Of a stretch of 35,381 nucleotides of DNA, positions 35,211 to 35,381 are shown one piece after another. The translations under genes were made by a program, and so were the position numbers. The notes beneath the pieces were generated by a model. It saw only the letters and a program-made list of their open reading frames with translations, was not told where the DNA came from and did not search any database. The DNA comes from an uncultured Fusibacter sp. (GTDB lineage Bacteria; Bacillota; Clostridia; Peptostreptococcales; Acidaminobacteraceae), in contig CALFXQ010000355.1 in assembly GCA_937958285.1 (NCBI GenBank), positions 1 through 35,381 of the forward strand, in the 5' to 3' direction. The stretch's first letter is position 1. The number at the start of each line of letters is the position of its first letter.

Positions 35211-35381
35211 AAGCTCTCCTTTCGGGGGTGGCATGTTGGCGAGATGCTGATTATTTTGTGTTGATTCCTCGTGTTAGTGTGGATTATTGATGCTCTTCTC
35301 ATGATTCGTCTGTATTTGTACAAGTTTAGACAAGTCATTAGACAAGTAATGAGGTAAGTATAAGGCATTATTTATCGTAAA

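Noticed and set aside
35366..35381. Possible XRE operator half-site (TTTATCG) upstream of DUF2975
   Set aside because: It is cut off by the window edge, so the palindrome cannot be verified.
1..35381. Anti-phage defence system, prophage or mobile element
   Set aside because: No nuclease, integrase, transposase, reverse transcriptase or phage structural motif is recognisable. The 'Abi' name of the CPBP family is not evidence of abortive infection.

Overview
A 35.4-kb chromosomal window from a low-to-mid-GC Firmicute, probably an anaerobic Clostridia member (inferred from GGAGG ribosome-binding sites, SigA-type promoters, a CIRCE element and the gene content). I see no rRNA, tRNA, CRISPR array, transposase, integrase or phage gene. 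In order it holds: the 3' end of an efflux adaptor, followed by DUF2177, a DAK2-DegV fusion and DUF1295; an M28 peptidase divergent from a TetR regulator; a membrane-anchored type I pullulanase with a LacI-type operator; MarR plus a flavodoxin-ferredoxin; a CPBP protease; a receiver-hemerythrin protein; an NPP-type phosphodiesterase plus MFS; a dCache-HAMP-PAS-GGDEF-hemerythrin cyclase; a PadR-DUF2812-NatA-NatB-NatB/CPBP operon; htpG with a CIRCE; a second GGDEF protein, an amidase and a transglycosylase; typA; DegV and a Gfo/Idh/MocA oxidoreductase; and DUF2975-XRE-cbrA-like genes. The most notable signals are a REP-like palindrome family (three copies at 3.2-3.3 kb and one at 29.2 kb), two hemerythrin signalling proteins close together, four overlapping 15-bp-periodic palindromes in front of padR, and many short tandem duplications, including a long charged linker in HtpG. 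All family calls come from recognising motifs by eye; no database search was run.
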